In this document: positions 20,931 through 34,100 of the stretch, piece after piece | Position numbering within the stretch: the stretch's first letter is position 1 | How the letters are laid out: every line of letters begins with the position of its first letter | NCBI GenBank assembly: GCA_052426225.1 | Contig: JBNJNM010000021.1 | Coordinates: 2,666,001-2,730,000, forward strand | Length of the DNA stretch: 64,000 nt | Reading direction: 5' to 3' | From: Zancudomyces culisetae HAW-14-8 | Taxonomy: Eukaryota; Fungi; Kickxellomycota | Made by a program: the position numbers and the translations under genes | The notes under the pieces: model-generated | Seen by the model: the letters and a program-made list of their open reading frames with translations, nothing else | Told to the model about the DNA's origin: nothing | Database searches by the model: none

Positions 20931-23629
20931 CTAGAGAAAGGCGAATAGCTGGTCAATTTCAACAGAATGGCAGCTGTTGGTTGATAAGTCAATGGCGTAG
21001 CAAACCAGTAGTGTATCAAGTCTATCATTGTTATTGTTACAGATATTAGCGTTAAGGCGAATAGAATATACCAAATCTGTTTTTATAAAATATCAAATAT
21101 AGCACAACGGGCTGAATATGGTTGTAGTAAATTTAAAGACAAAGCTTACATGTCATCAAAGATTTTCACAAAAAAGTAGCAAGAAATGAATGGAAAAACC
21201 AAGCAAAACACAACGGACGGTAAGAAATAGGTGGCATCGAAAAAGGCCCCCAAAAAATACGTGGAAAGAATAGAAATCAGAATCGCAAGATTTGTGAAAA
21301 CCGAATGAAGTGCATTGACTATTTTTTTTTTAATCAGAACAAGTGGATAATTATTAAACAAATATTTCATAACCCAGAATATACCAATGTGGCATATATG
21401 CAAACAAGTGCTTTAAATATGTGTATAGAAAAAAAAATTTTAACTTACAGGACTTTGGTAAGAACAAGTTATTTTCAAGAAGCAGCTGGTAAACACTGTT
21501 GTACGCTTTAAAAAAGGTAATTGACGAATTGACATTGTTTCCCAGTCCCAGAATACCACAATATATCAGTGGATATTTACAGAGTATTCGAACATGTTTA
21601 TAGACGCTTCTAAACGGACGTGATAAAAATTTGCCAGCCGAAGAAGAGAAAAGTACCTCAAAACCACTTCTGCAACTGGTAGCGATCGCTCTTAGCAAAC
21701 CAAAACTGAGCATGTCAATGATTTTAATGAATCCAAAAAGCACCGAGAATACGGGGAGAAGTACAATGTAAAGGCTGTAGAAGAAAAACTATATTATTAT
21801 TATAGGCAGAGTTATATTAGATATATACGTTTACATATTTACATATTTTAAACAAAACCAGAAACATGTTCAACAGCGAATAGAAACATTCATAGCGTCG
21901 CCGAAACTACGACGGTTGCACGCGCAATCTTCTAGAACCAATAAATATACGCGCTGCATATTGAATCAAAACTTACCTTGAAGACAAAAGAAAGTGCAGT
22001 ACAGACAAAATTCAAAAGCAAAACAAGGCTGGAGATCGAAATAGAACCAAAAATGTTCGAATTGGTGATTGCAAACCAAAAAGACAAAATAAAGACAAAG
22101 TATGGATGGTTGAGGAGGTCTTCTCTAAAGCTGAGTTCGTGTCTGTTAAAAAACCAATTGGAAACCGAGACACTCGTAATAAATCGCTCAAGCTGGATCA
22201 AAAAACAAATAACATAGGCTAGCCCCAGCACGGAGATGATGGAATTTGGAACCAAAAATAGGCTGAAGCCGACTGAAAGAGCAAAGTTGAAGAGAGCAAA
22301 GGATAGATAATGATTTGTAGCGCGACGCTTTTTTGTAGTTTCTGGTACGCTCATAGGTGAGTTATGTTCCTCTTCTTCCAGATTTTGCTGTCCACGCTGG
22401 GGTTTATGTTTATGTTTAGGTTGAGGTTGAGATTCTTGATGTAATAAACGATCGTTGTAACTATCACCTTCGATATTATCCTCTCTTGACATCCCGGTTT
22501 CGACATTTAAGTTTTGTCCTGGTTGTACTGGGGGTGATGATGAAAAGTCATACGACAAGAATGTGTTAAAAACAAACAAAAACAAATCAATAGCCTTGTT
22601 GATAGTTCCTGTTAGAGTTTTTATGTACAGCACATACTTGAATGATCTTATCAGCAAGCCCAGGGTACTGACAAGCAATACAATATTCGAATATTTACTT
22701 TGCCAATCCGGCTTTGTAACAAACAGCGTATATGCGGAAATAAAAAACGTATACAGACAAGCAACTGGAACCGAGATTGTGATAATCCAAATCCAGCCTG
22801 CAACTAGTCTACGGCTGATGGCATGGGTTAGTGAAAGAGTCCAAAATATCATCATGGAAAAGACACAAGAGTATATAATGGAGCCCAGTAGTAATAATGC
22901 CAACTTCCTTCGACTTTCTCTATCCTTTTCCTTGTCTTGATCATTAAACATAGAAGACACGCCAATGTAAAAGTATATAATACAATTTGCAATGAATATA
23001 TACTTGAACAAAACATTTATAAATACATTATTATTTGACCCGTTTCTTGCGTAGTATCCATTACCTTCAGCACCGTGGTTGAAAAGAGAAGAGTAATCTT
23101 CAGAATCCTCAGACAATAGTGTAGAAAAGACTAGATTTGATTGTTGACTCTGGGTTTCAGAGTTTTCTTCATCTGAATCTTCATTCCCGTTTTTGTTTCT
23201 GTTTCTGTTTTCGTTTTCGCTTTCGTCTTCGCTTTCGTCCTCGTCCTCCTCATCATTTTCTACGCCCAGTTGATGCTCAATATCAGTTTCTACTATACCT
23301 TCTTCTTCTTCTTGTTCACTGTGTTCATCGTATTCGGGTTTTAATGCACTTAGATTCGTGCTTAGGCGACTAGATATTCTTTCTAAATTGGGTGCGGAAA
23401 TTTCGTGACCAGACTCAATCGCATTTTCACCGCCGGATAAGTAACTATTGTTTTCAAAGGCACGATCACCTCCTGGAGGCTGGGAGTATCGTGACCGTTG
23501 TTGTGAATGAACTAGTTTTGATAATTTTTTTGGCGATGTTACCAGATTCTTGGCATGTATTTTTGAATTAATAACAGAATGATAAATTGACTGTTGGGGG
23601 CTGGAGCTGCTTGTCGTATTATCCGACAT
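20931..23629 (-). CDS. Choline transporter-like (CTL/SLC44, Pns1-like) multipass membrane protein, 4 exons (23629-21977, 21788-21449, 21318-21150, 21021-20931), ~750 aa
   Basis: Acidic N-terminus followed by many TM helices. Motifs VSNWFF, FGSISISSLVL, LIYCGI.G and C-terminal DTLLVCYAID resemble the CTL family. Three GT-AG introns have consistent phases. Confidence 0.75.
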
Positions 23630-24280
23630 TCTATCGTACGTTTTGATATTTAATATACTATGGGTAATAATTTACTCTCTCTTGTCGTTGATGTCCATAA
23701 ATGACTGTGGATATAACAATGTAGCGCAAATAGTTATAAATGAGCTGAAATGAATTCATATACTCAAGACTAAGGAAAGTTAAAGTTCATGCTTTTCAGT
23801 TAAGCAAATAGGCTGTACAAAATTTAAAGTATGAGCTAAAATAAATTTCGCCAACACAAAAACTCCTTGAGCTGGACTTTTCATTTGCTAAAACAATTTT
23901 AAGGCATTGAAAGGCAGATGAGAAAATGCTCATGAATAATATGCACATGACTCGTGAAATGTGAAAATCACGCAACACTTTATAACCTTTTTTTTCATTT
24001 ATATATTTGTGTACTTTGTATAGTTTATTTTTTGCATGGGACATGGTGTGGGAGAACGGGTGAACAAAAGCAAGATTATTTTTTCAATTAATGTATTGAA
24101 TTTTAGAACAGCTGAAGGTAAAAGTAAAAAAAGTGTATTTGGCAAAAATAAGACGTGAACAGAATTTAGCAAAAATAGAATTTATTTTATATACAATAGC
24201 CGTCTCATGTGTTTTGAATTCTAGTAACTATAAAATATTAATAAAACAATAAATATATAAAAGAGTTGTTTTCAACAAGA

Positions 24281-26820
24281 TTATGAAAATTGCAGATAAA
24301 AATCTAACATTGCAGAGTCAGACAGGAGAGAGTTCCAGAACTTCAAGAATTTGTTTGTATGGGGGATAAGGCTTTTGATTGACTGGTGGTTGTCCATAAG
24401 CACAGATCTGTGATGTTTGAAAATAGAAAACAGGAGTATCTGGGAGTAAAAGGCGGCCAGCTTAAGATTTGTGGACCAGTCAACCAAGACAAGATTAAGC
24501 AGGTTGGAGACTTCTTCAGGGGAAAGGGATTTGATCAAGACATCATAAAACTCGTAGGCATCAGATGATGTAGCAGAAGTGGATCTGTTGGTGTGTTTGG
24601 AGAGGATGGACAAACAGGTATGTGGTTTGTTTAAAGATAGAGCCAGCTTAAATGCCAAAATCAAGTCACCATTATTTGACAAAAGATTGTCGAGTTTTTG
24701 CGAGGTCAAAAGATCTTCTTGTTGCTTTTGAATGTATTGATCTAGCAACACCTGACTTTGATCATTCCATATGATGATTTTGGAGTCGGAAGAACCCGTA
24801 ACCATGAGAGAAGAATCGTTGAAGGTATCAAGACTCCAGATTTTGTCAGAGTGACCTTTGTTGGGACCACTATTTTCACCACCAAACATAGCAACAACCT
24901 GGCTTGATGAAATGTTGAATAGACGAACCAAGGCATCATTACAACCACCGAGGATTTGCATTCCATTTGAAATTATCTTCATACTAAGAACAGTGCTGCC
25001 GCAGTCGATTGTCTGGATACAGTCATAGTTGGAGTTAAGCGACCACAGCTTAATGGTAGAATCACCACTGCTAGTGGCTACGATGTGGCCATAAAACTCA
25101 ATTGCCCAAATACCGCGCTTATGACCCTTTAACTCTCCCACAACACTTCCGTCTCTATAATTCAGAATTCGCCCAACCTTATCCTGCGAACCACCACTAA
25201 CTATAATTCCCTGGTCGGTATTCACATTAAGAGTATTTACATCTCCCTTTTCATGAACCTTGATGATAGTATACTCTCCCACCAATGTACCGTTGCCATA
25301 TTTCCACCGCTTTATGCTAGAGTCCATAGATCCGCTAACCAGTTCGACTCCTCCATCTTTGAGGGGAACAATTTTTATCGCCCCTACCGCTCCCATATGA
25401 CCAACACCCTTTGTCAACAGACTAATTTTGTTGTCCTTGTATTCCCATAGTTTGATTGTTCTATCCTTACTTCCTGTAGCTATATATGTGCCATAAACAT
25501 CCATACTTAGAATGATGTCGTCGTGTGCTCCTCTTACCATTTCCTCGCATTCCAATGTTTCAGTGTTGTATATTTTGAGTTTATCCGAATTGCTTATCAC
25601 TGCAATTTTATTTCCACTTTCTATATATCTACTTTCAATGACCTCGTCGTTATATCCTGCTATTTGCCATTTCTTTTTGTTCAGGTTGTCGCAAGAGAAT
25701 CCCATAATATTTTGTTCGGAATCTGCCTGTATGATCGTGTTCGTATCCTCTGATTTGGCGATCCATACTATCTCCTCATCTTTATTTCCGGAATCATTTG
25801 CATCTTCCATTTCTACATCCTCACTAACGCCCTTCTCTATTTTGAACACCTTCATTCTTCCTCCCTCTCCACCATAATATACTGTTTTATTCCCTACTAC
25901 TTCCATAGCCTCTACTCGCTCGTAAACCACCTCTGTCCTTTCCACTTTTTTGCTTGCCATATCTATAACGTTTATCATCTTATCTCGCCCACCACTAATC
26001 AACTTTTTTCGATTTGCTGTCATTCCCAGTCGCTTGACTACGCTCCCATGTACCTCTTTATAAGTTACTTCGCATTTGTTGTTGTTCAAGTCAAATACTT
26101 TGATTGTTCCCTCCTCTCCTCCACTGATTATCACACTTTTGTCCTTTATCGTATAAAACAACAGCGATGTTACAATTCCCCGATGTCCTCCAAATTTGTG
26201 TGTACAAAATCCTCCCTCAATATCATACACACGCACTGTTCCGTCCGCCAAACCCATTCCAACCAACGTGCCACTATCTTCAATTTCCATCTCTATGATT
26301 GCTGTCTCTATATTTTTTATCACTCTTACTTCCTCCTTGCTTTCTCCATCAAACACTCGAACCCTTAAACTTTTATTTGCTGCTACTACGCGTTTTTTAT
26401 CGTGACTCACTGCAAATGTTGTCACTGCTGTACCTTCCTATGATTCATTTGTTTTTTATTAGTTTAGTTTATTTTATTTTGGTTTATTTTGATCTAGTTT
26501 TACTTTATTTGTATTGCTTTTTTATAGATTTTCAATCAACTTACTCCCTTATATTCACCCTTTTTCTTGGCGGTTCCAAATTCCAATTCATAGATTCCAT
26601 CAAAATGCATCGTATACATGGTATCTCCCCTAACTACCATTTTTCCACCCGTATACACACTTTCTATCACCTTGTCTTCTTCATATCTACGAGCATGTTG
26701 ATTCAGAAGAAAAGAAAAAATCCAAATTAGATTTGTTTCATTGATCAATTTCTATAATATTGGTTAATAAATGTTTAAACTTTGCACTTGCCTTGTCTTT
26801 AATTCTCGTTTACTAGCCAT
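24281..26820 (-). CDS. UTP13: U3 snoRNP WD40 protein Utp13/TBL3, 3 exons (26820-26792, 26686-26545, 26437-24281)
   Basis: MASKRELKTRYEEDKVIESVYTGG N-terminus, FCTHKFGGHRG, IAGYNDEVI, GHKRGIW, many WD repeats and a Utp13 C-terminal helical region. The first intron is GC-AG. Confidence 0.9.
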
Positions 26821-27157
26821 CTTTTCGTATTATTTTTTATGTCTATATAGTTGAATTATTATTATATTGATTTTGCCAGACAAGTTATGCTTAAATTCCA
26901 ACTACTGTTTTTGATTTTTTTTAGTTCCATCAAACATTAAAAAAAAAAATTTTTTTTTTTTCATTTGCCCTTAGATTCTGGTTTAATAAATCGATCTCCT
27001 ATTTTTTTTTTTTTTGCTAGAATTTCAAAGTTATTACCTCTCAATTTCCAATTTCAAGCAAAAAATGCTGAAGAAATGTAAATTAATAGCCAATAAAATG
27101 AAAAAAACTGCTGTATCACAATTCCATTTAATGAATTTATAAAAAAGTCAAAAGAAT

Positions 27158-27231
27158 CGCTCCCAGCTAGGCTTGAACTAGCAACCTCCTGATTAACAGT
27201 CAGACGCGCTAACCAATTGCGCCATGGAAGC
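27158..27231 (-). tRNA. tRNA-Asn (GTT), intronless
   Basis: GCTTCCA/TGGGAGC acceptor stem, TGGCGCAATTGG A-box, anticodon loop CT-GTT-AA, GTTCAAGC T-loop and downstream T-runs (Pol III terminator). Confidence 0.96.
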
Positions 27232-27474
27232 TGACAAAAAGTTTTTGAGTTGGCTTAATTATAATAGTTATGTTTTTTAGTTTAATTTTAAGGCCTATTT
27301 ATTATCTTATTGGGCAATTTTTTTATTGTAACAACACTGATATACACCTGCATACACATATAATATATAGCTTAATACTTTTTAAAATTTTTGTTATATA
27401 ATTTTTATTATTTTATATTAAAAACAAAACTTAATGAATTTCTACAATTTAAAAATTTATAAGCTATAAAGATT

Positions 27475-28023
27475 CTAAATAACTGGAATATCCACAAAAT
27501 TGGAAAATAGATCTACTTTGCACATTGGACAGAGTCCAGACTCATTTAACAAGTATCGATCAAGACATTCCCAGTGAAAAATATGTTTACAGGGCAAATC
27601 ACGCACCATACACCCATCTATCAGCTCCTTATCACATAAAATACATGTTTTACTTCTTTTCTCCAAGTCTATTTCGCCATAGATAGAATATTCCATATTA
27701 TTTTGAGATTCGTGATACCTCAAAACTGGAAACTTTTCCAGATCCTTTACAGAATTGAACGGAGTTGGTGTATACCTCGGTAGTGTTGATTCTGGTCGCT
27801 TGGGTGGTTTATCAAACAGCCTATTAGTACTGAAAATTACGGCGTCCTGCTCATTTGCCGCTGTTCGTCGTTCTGTATTTTCTTCCTCTAGTTCTTCTTG
27901 TTCTCGTCTTTGTCTTCTAGCTTCTTTTTTCTTTACTACTAGTATTTGGATAATAATCAGCATCATAAACAGTATAGCAAATATAAGTATTATGGGTACT
28001 GGGTTGATATCAGAAAGCTCCAT
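27475..28023 (-). CDS. Single-pass membrane RING-H2 E3 ubiquitin ligase (ATL/RNF-like) with LPxY motif
   Basis: N-terminal TM followed by a basic stretch, LPRY, and a RING-H2 CILC..LPCKHIFHWECLD..CPMC. Confidence 0.88.
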   Translation of the reverse strand: MELSDINPVPIILIFAILFMMLIIIQILVVKKKEARRQRREQEELEEENTERRTAANEQDAVIFSTNRLFDKPPKRPESTLPRYTPTPFNSVKDLEKFPVLRYHESQNNMEYSIYGEIDLEKRSKTCILCDKELIDGCMVRDLPCKHIFHWECLDRYLLNESGLCPMCKVDLFSNFVDIPVI

Positions 28024-29719
28024 TTTGTGTACAAGATTAGCAAGATTAATGTATATCTGAGATTAAATATATATTCTACATATTCTACATATTCTACATA
28101 TTCAAGGATTTAAAAGTGTTTTTATTTAGTTTTATTTTCAATTTTGTAGTACAGTATAAATATGGTTTTGGCTGATCGTTAACAGAGAATTATAAAATCA
28201 AAAATCAAAATAAACAAAAAGAAAAGCTGCACAATGCGTATGATTTCTATTATGATTAGAACTTGAAGAGCCTGCAACTTATGGTACAAGAGATGTGTGT
28301 TTGCGGAGTTTTCTTTTCTTTTTGTATGGACAGATATAAAAAGTTTGCCCTTGCAATGCTGGCCCGTGCTACTGGAAAAAAAAAAGTGTTGAAAGGGTTT
28401 TGTGGTAAAAATGGGGACAAATCATCTATACGGAATTTCGGGCAAGATGACATTGATGCATTTTTTTTTTGTAGTTTTATGTCATATCTATTTAATAAAC
28501 TCATCTAACAAAAAAATAAATGACATTGATGTAGCTGTGGGGTATACATCCATTTATTGGCTATACATTTTTTGGACAATTCTTATCCAAAGAAAATAGC
28601 GATCAAAAATCGAAAACACAAAAATCCAATTTGTGTGCAATTTTGGTCATAACAAGCTGGCATTTTTTTCTGTTTGATGTCCAAAAGTGTTCTCCAACAG
28701 CATTGGAAAGTTGAGATTTGTGTTTAAAGACAGAGTAAGATGTTACAAATGTGGTAAAATGTGCATTTATTTTATATGTGTAAATACGTATTGATATAAT
28801 ATCGGGGGTTATTATACATGTTATTATATGTAGCACTGTCAAATAGGAAAATTCTCAAACAACGATGGTGCTTAGAAATCGACGCAGGCTACCACATGGT
28901 CTATTAGCGGTTGACACTTGTAGTTTTATTTTATGAATGAATAAACTATTTTGTGACCCGCAAAACATGAGGTTGCTAGGAGTAATAATAACCTTTGTAT
29001 TTAGCTGTCCTTATTTCTTGTTTATTTGAAACAAGCAAGTTGCCGCTTTAATAGTTTAAGCAGCCACACCATGCTAATCTGAAACTGAGGAAGCTCTTAA
29101 AGTCTCGTGATGTGAGTGTACACAATATATTGTTGTTAAAAAGTTCATATTTTGTTGGGGGTAAAATACAATGTATCTATTACATGGTCCAAATTAGGAT
29201 TTTTGATGTTCTAATATGGTCAAAGTTCATTCCAGATTGAGTACTATTTCCACACTAACCAAAAAAAATATTAAAGACCGTGGGGATAATTGTGTGGTTA
29301 TGGTTTTCCACCTAATTCTATCCATCGTTAAAGCAGTTCTATTATTTATGGCTTTGATAATAGGCTTGAACGCAAATAATCTATACCCTTTTAATTTGTT
29401 TACTTGATTAATAACAACAATATAATAATATCCTAATAATATCCTAAGATTATCCTTTTTCTCTTTCTTTCTCCAGCCTCCAGCTCTCTCAGATCCCCAA
29501 TATCCTATATATGCATATAATAATAAACTAAAATCTGTAGGAAAACCAGCCTAGATTGCAAAAGCCTAGAACCTTTCCATGTGACTATGATAAATAACTA
29601 CATTTAATAATATGACACTTGAAAATCGAACTTTACAAGCTCACTTGTTCCCTTATTTTTGTATCAGGTCGGACAGAATATTCGACTTGCTCAGCCATAA
29701 TTACAAATTATGTAAGTTT

Positions 29720-29741
29720 CCAGTGATATTAATATCACTGG
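29720..29741. repeat. Perfect 22-bp palindrome CCAGTGATATTAATATCACTGG
   Basis: The sequence equals its own reverse complement. Confidence 0.9.
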
Positions 29742-30588
29742 TTCAAGTTGTATCACCAGACAAATAAACTAATTAACATGAACGCTTCCCCCCCCCCTCA
29801 CTCGCCCCAAGAATAAAATTGCTTTAAAGTCCAAGAATTTACCACCTATACTTTGAACAAGCGAAAAGATACTCCCACCTTTTATATTTATTTTAGTTGG
29901 GGCAAAGAAGATTAAAAAGTTTAATACACAAAAAGCCCATCCCCCCCAAAAAAAACTGTTATACCTTGGTTAATATGAATGGAAAATATGTGAATGAAAA
30001 ATATAAAAAAACCATTTAGCGATAATTCGGTCTTAGTGGAATGGTCAGGCTGAACAATAAATTCACCCCATTACAAAAACCATTTCCATTAAATCTCCTT
30101 CCACCTAACATACAATGGCTTTGTCTAATAATATTTCAGGTTTACGCATGTGTTTTTTTTTTTTTTGCGAGATGTGTAATCACATATACTAGCGGATGTG
30201 TGTGTGTGGGAGGAGGGGGAAAAATATTCGGTTCAGCGAATTATTTACTTGGCACAATTCTACGGAGGTGGGGAGATTTATTGATTTATCCCGATAAATC
30301 AATGATCCAACGGGCTTTATTTCCTTACATTTCTACTGTTTAACTGGATCATCCTGTCCAAGTATTTCAAATAAACGTGTGACTGGAGGAAGAGTGGAGG
30401 AAGAGTGGAGGAGGGTGGTGAGAGGAAAAGGTATAAATACCACAAGGGGATTCGTATATTGTAAATCCATTATTCTAGTCGGTATAAAACTTTGTAGTAC
30501 CAAGCACATCTCACATAATTTTATTAACATTACTTTAGTAAACAATATTGGAATAAAGCAGATTAGCTCAACAGAAAAGTATCATAAA

Positions 30589-31194
30589 ATGAGTACAAGT
30601 ATAGAGAAGACTCCAACCAACCACTCCGATGCGGTGGTTACTTCGGAGAATTTTGATTTGAAGAAACAAGAACATATAGCCATGAAGGCACAGGGTGGAG
30701 GGCCGCAGGACGATTCGCAACATACATCAAGGATAGTTGCTATTGCTGTTGTAGCGTGCCAAAGCAGCAATGAGGTTTTAGAGTGGAGTCTCAAAAACTT
30801 TATAAGAAAGGAAACAGATTTGGTGGTACTAATACACGTGCGAAAGGAAAGTGTTACTTCTGGGGTTAAGGGACTAGCCGCAGCATATATAGCTGATGGT
30901 AGTGTTGATGATGTCCATAGAAAAGATAGTCACAGCTTATTAAAGAGTTATGGAAACAGACTAGAGAAGGAAGGGTACCATGTAAAGGCCGTTTCTGTTG
31001 CTGGAGACCCTGGATACAAGTTGTGTGAACAATTAGTGAAGATAGGTGCAGACGAATTAATCATTGGTGCCAGTGGAATGAGCAAACTTAAGAGAGCGAT
31101 ATTTGGTAGTGTGACCCAATATTGTGTTGAACATGCAAAGTGTGGCGTGCTTGTGGTTAAAACTCGACACCAACATGGTCATAACTGTCCTTAG
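30589..31194 (+). CDS. Universal stress protein (UspA-like), 201 aa from MSTSIEK
   Basis: RIVAIAV..S.EVLEWS, DLVVLIHV, GDP and ADELIIGASG..KRAIFGSVTQYCVEHAKCGVLVVK motifs. The first ATG is in an A-rich context at 30589; the ORF track starts at a non-ATG codon. Confidence 0.9.
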   Translation: MSTSIEKTPTNHSDAVVTSENFDLKKQEHIAMKAQGGGPQDDSQHTSRIVAIAVVACQSSNEVLEWSLKNFIRKETDLVVLIHVRKESVTSGVKGLAAAYIADGSVDDVHRKDSHSLLKSYGNRLEKEGYHVKAVSVAGDPGYKLCEQLVKIGADELIIGASGMSKLKRAIFGSVTQYCVEHAKCGVLVVKTRHQHGHNCP

Positions 31195-34100
31195 GTCAAT
31201 GATTTGTTTCTAACTTTTTTTTATAGTAATAGTAATTTTTTAATATATCAAATCAAAAGGAATTGAATATTCAGTAAAAAATAAATAAAAATGATGGTAA
31301 ATAGAAATCACATTTGGTATTAGGCTGGTAAAACTCGTATTAAAGTACACAATAAACTTAAACAAAGCCCTATATAGTGGTAGTTTCAAACAAGTGAATA
31401 ATGTGAAAATATATATGTTGAGAGTTGAGGAAAGGGGAGGGGACAAAAAATCTACAAAGCAGACTAGAACGGTATCAACTCGCGTCGTGTCAGTATAGTT
31501 TTGTTTACTCTTTTGTTCTTAGTATATGCTATTATTCCAAATCATAAACAAAAAGGGGGGTAGGTGTTTCTTATTGCATCTTTTTGTTTATAGAAGAGCA
31601 ATGGGTGAGTGATTTTGGTTTAAAGTAGATTATAAAATATCGAGTTTAAAACACTGTGGATTTAATGGGAAATATATAAAAAATACCAAAGGTTTCGGTG
31701 TTATTTTTGGTTTGTTGAATGTGTTTATATGGGAAAATAAGAAGCTGTATATTAGATAAAAGAGAGATAGATAGTATACAGATCAGTTTGTGGGAATAAA
31801 CATGTCGTGTGCTGATGTAGTTGTGTGAATGTTGGTATTAGAATATTTAACTTTAAAAGTGATAGTAACATCAAATGGGAAAGAAATTAAATAGTATATA
31901 CTGTTCATGTACAAAGATGACTTTAAACAATAAAACTAAATATGAAAAGGCTATTGATAATATAAGCATCAATGATAAATCAGTTAAACATAAACAAATA
32001 TTGCAAATAAACATAAATATGCCAAGTTTATAGTAAAAAAAAAACAAACAATAAAGTAATATATTAAAGAAAAGGAAAAGAAACAAAAAAAAGTGATTCA
32101 AGTGGGCTTTATTATTTTGATTAGCAGGGCTTGGGAAAAAAAAAGTCTCATCAACTCGTAAAAAGGGTAATCTGGAAAAAAGTTAAATATACAAGATTAG
32201 GAGATTATTAATAATACTTTCCCTATCCCAAAAAAAAAAAAAGGTTGGAGAATGGTGAATGTTTTAGGCAAGTTTTATGTCGATGTAATTTGCTGAAAAA
32301 GTTAAATTAAACAAATGCTGATTGATGTACATGATTGAGTGTGGGGGGGAGAGGAAGGAGAAGGTATTGTATGATTTATACCTAAGCAAGTAGGAAAAGT
32401 ATGATATTTCACAAAATGTAAGATGATGAGATTGACAAAGTGTATTGTAAGTCTAAACAAGAATCTCGAGTGATAGTAAGAGTAACTTAGAAAAACATCG
32501 GACAGAGAGTCAAAAGATGATTTGCAATAGTCACTGTCATAGTTGTGAAAAAAAATGGGAGTAAAAAAATACTTTGAATCTATTTAGGTTCTATTCTTTA
32601 CCAAAAACCAAAAACCAACAAAAAAAAAAGAACGACAGTTTGGAACTGGATAATTCATTAAAAAAGAAGCCACAGGCAGAAAAAAAAAGAAAAAAAAGGA
32701 TCCATTTACCCTGAAACCAGTTTAATTTCTTCAAATGGAGGAGGATGAAAAGAAAAAACTAGTAGGAAGTGAAGGAGGATGAGTAGCGGGGAGGAAGAAG
32801 TTAAAAACCATGACAACTTCAGGGTAGTTTTTACCAAGACCAGTTTTGTCAAGAATATTAGAAACGATTTCTGCCTAATTAGGGATAAATATTTATTGGC
32901 GATTTAGTAAAGTATAATAATTCAGGGTTTGATTTTTGAAAAAAAAAAGGGATTATGGATGATTGATTTGATTGACAGTGCGTGTAGTTTCATATTATTA
33001 ATAATGACAAAAAAATGTAAGGGTAAAATGTGAAAAAGTTTCGCGAAATTTGCAAGTTTAGTGAACAATAATGACAAAAGGCGAGTAAAAAGAAAAAAAA
33101 AGAAAAAAACAAAAAGTTCACGTTACTCTTCAATTCTGACAATATACCACCCTTCCTCCCAAAATCCTAGAGGGGAGGTGGAGAGTTTTAAACTAGTAAG
33201 AAGGCTAAAAAAAGAAAAATCGAGACAAAAAAAGCCGAGAGAAGTTATTGTAACGATAAACAAAGCTAAAATTAGAGTAAACAAGGATTTCCAAGTGAAT
33301 TTTATAAAATAGTGGGATGATGGTGGTAGCTGTGGTGTTGGAGAGGTTGGCTAACAAAAAGTCAGTAAACACTTTTGGTAAAAACAAAATGAGAAAATGT
33401 TGGTATAATACAACGTAAACAACAATAAGTAAAGTATGCAAAAAAAAAGAAGTGTAAACTTTTCCTACTACTCTTCCCCCTCCATCCTCCACTTTTCAAG
33501 AAAAAAATAAAGATTTAGGGAGGAATCAAGTTGTTGAATGGAGTTGGTGTTTATGTGCTTGTGTGCTTGTGTGCGTGTGTGTGTGTGTGGAGGGAGGGAA
33601 GAGGAGGAATGAGAATGCGTAGAAATTGATAGCAAAAGCAAAAGCAAAAGCAATTCATTTTTTTTTCGTTTCCTACGCATCAGGTTTGTGTATTACAAGT
33701 TTACTGCAATCGTGTTGATAGAAAAGACATTAAACTAAAAGAAATAATCCAAAAAATAAAAATAAAAGAAAACAACCAAGCAACACGAAAATAGAGAAAA
33801 ATGCATACTCTTAAGAATGTTTTATATTATTTTATTTTTTAGTGGATTAAAAGCGTACAATAATTCTTTAAATTTATTAGTGGAAAATCTAAATAGTGGG
33901 TGGAGGCAAGTGGATTAAAATAAAACTGGATAAATTGGTAAAATTGGATTTAAATTAATCTAGATTAAATTAAAGAAAAAAAGAAAAATCTAGTCCCTTT
34001 TATTTATTATGTCAAATAATTGAAAAAAAACGCGATTTACGCATTAAAGAAAATGGAATGAAACGAAATTGAAAGGAGTTGAAATACAATTGAAAAGAGT

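Noticed and set aside
24186-24196. UGUAUAUA PUF-type element in the UTP13 3' region
   Set aside because: Short AT-rich motif expected by chance here, and not an exact Puf4 9-mer
30379-30588. 70-aa N-terminal extension of the USP in the ORF track
   Set aside because: Starts at GTG and spans a TATA-like box (TATAAATA near 30433); the first ATG is at 30589
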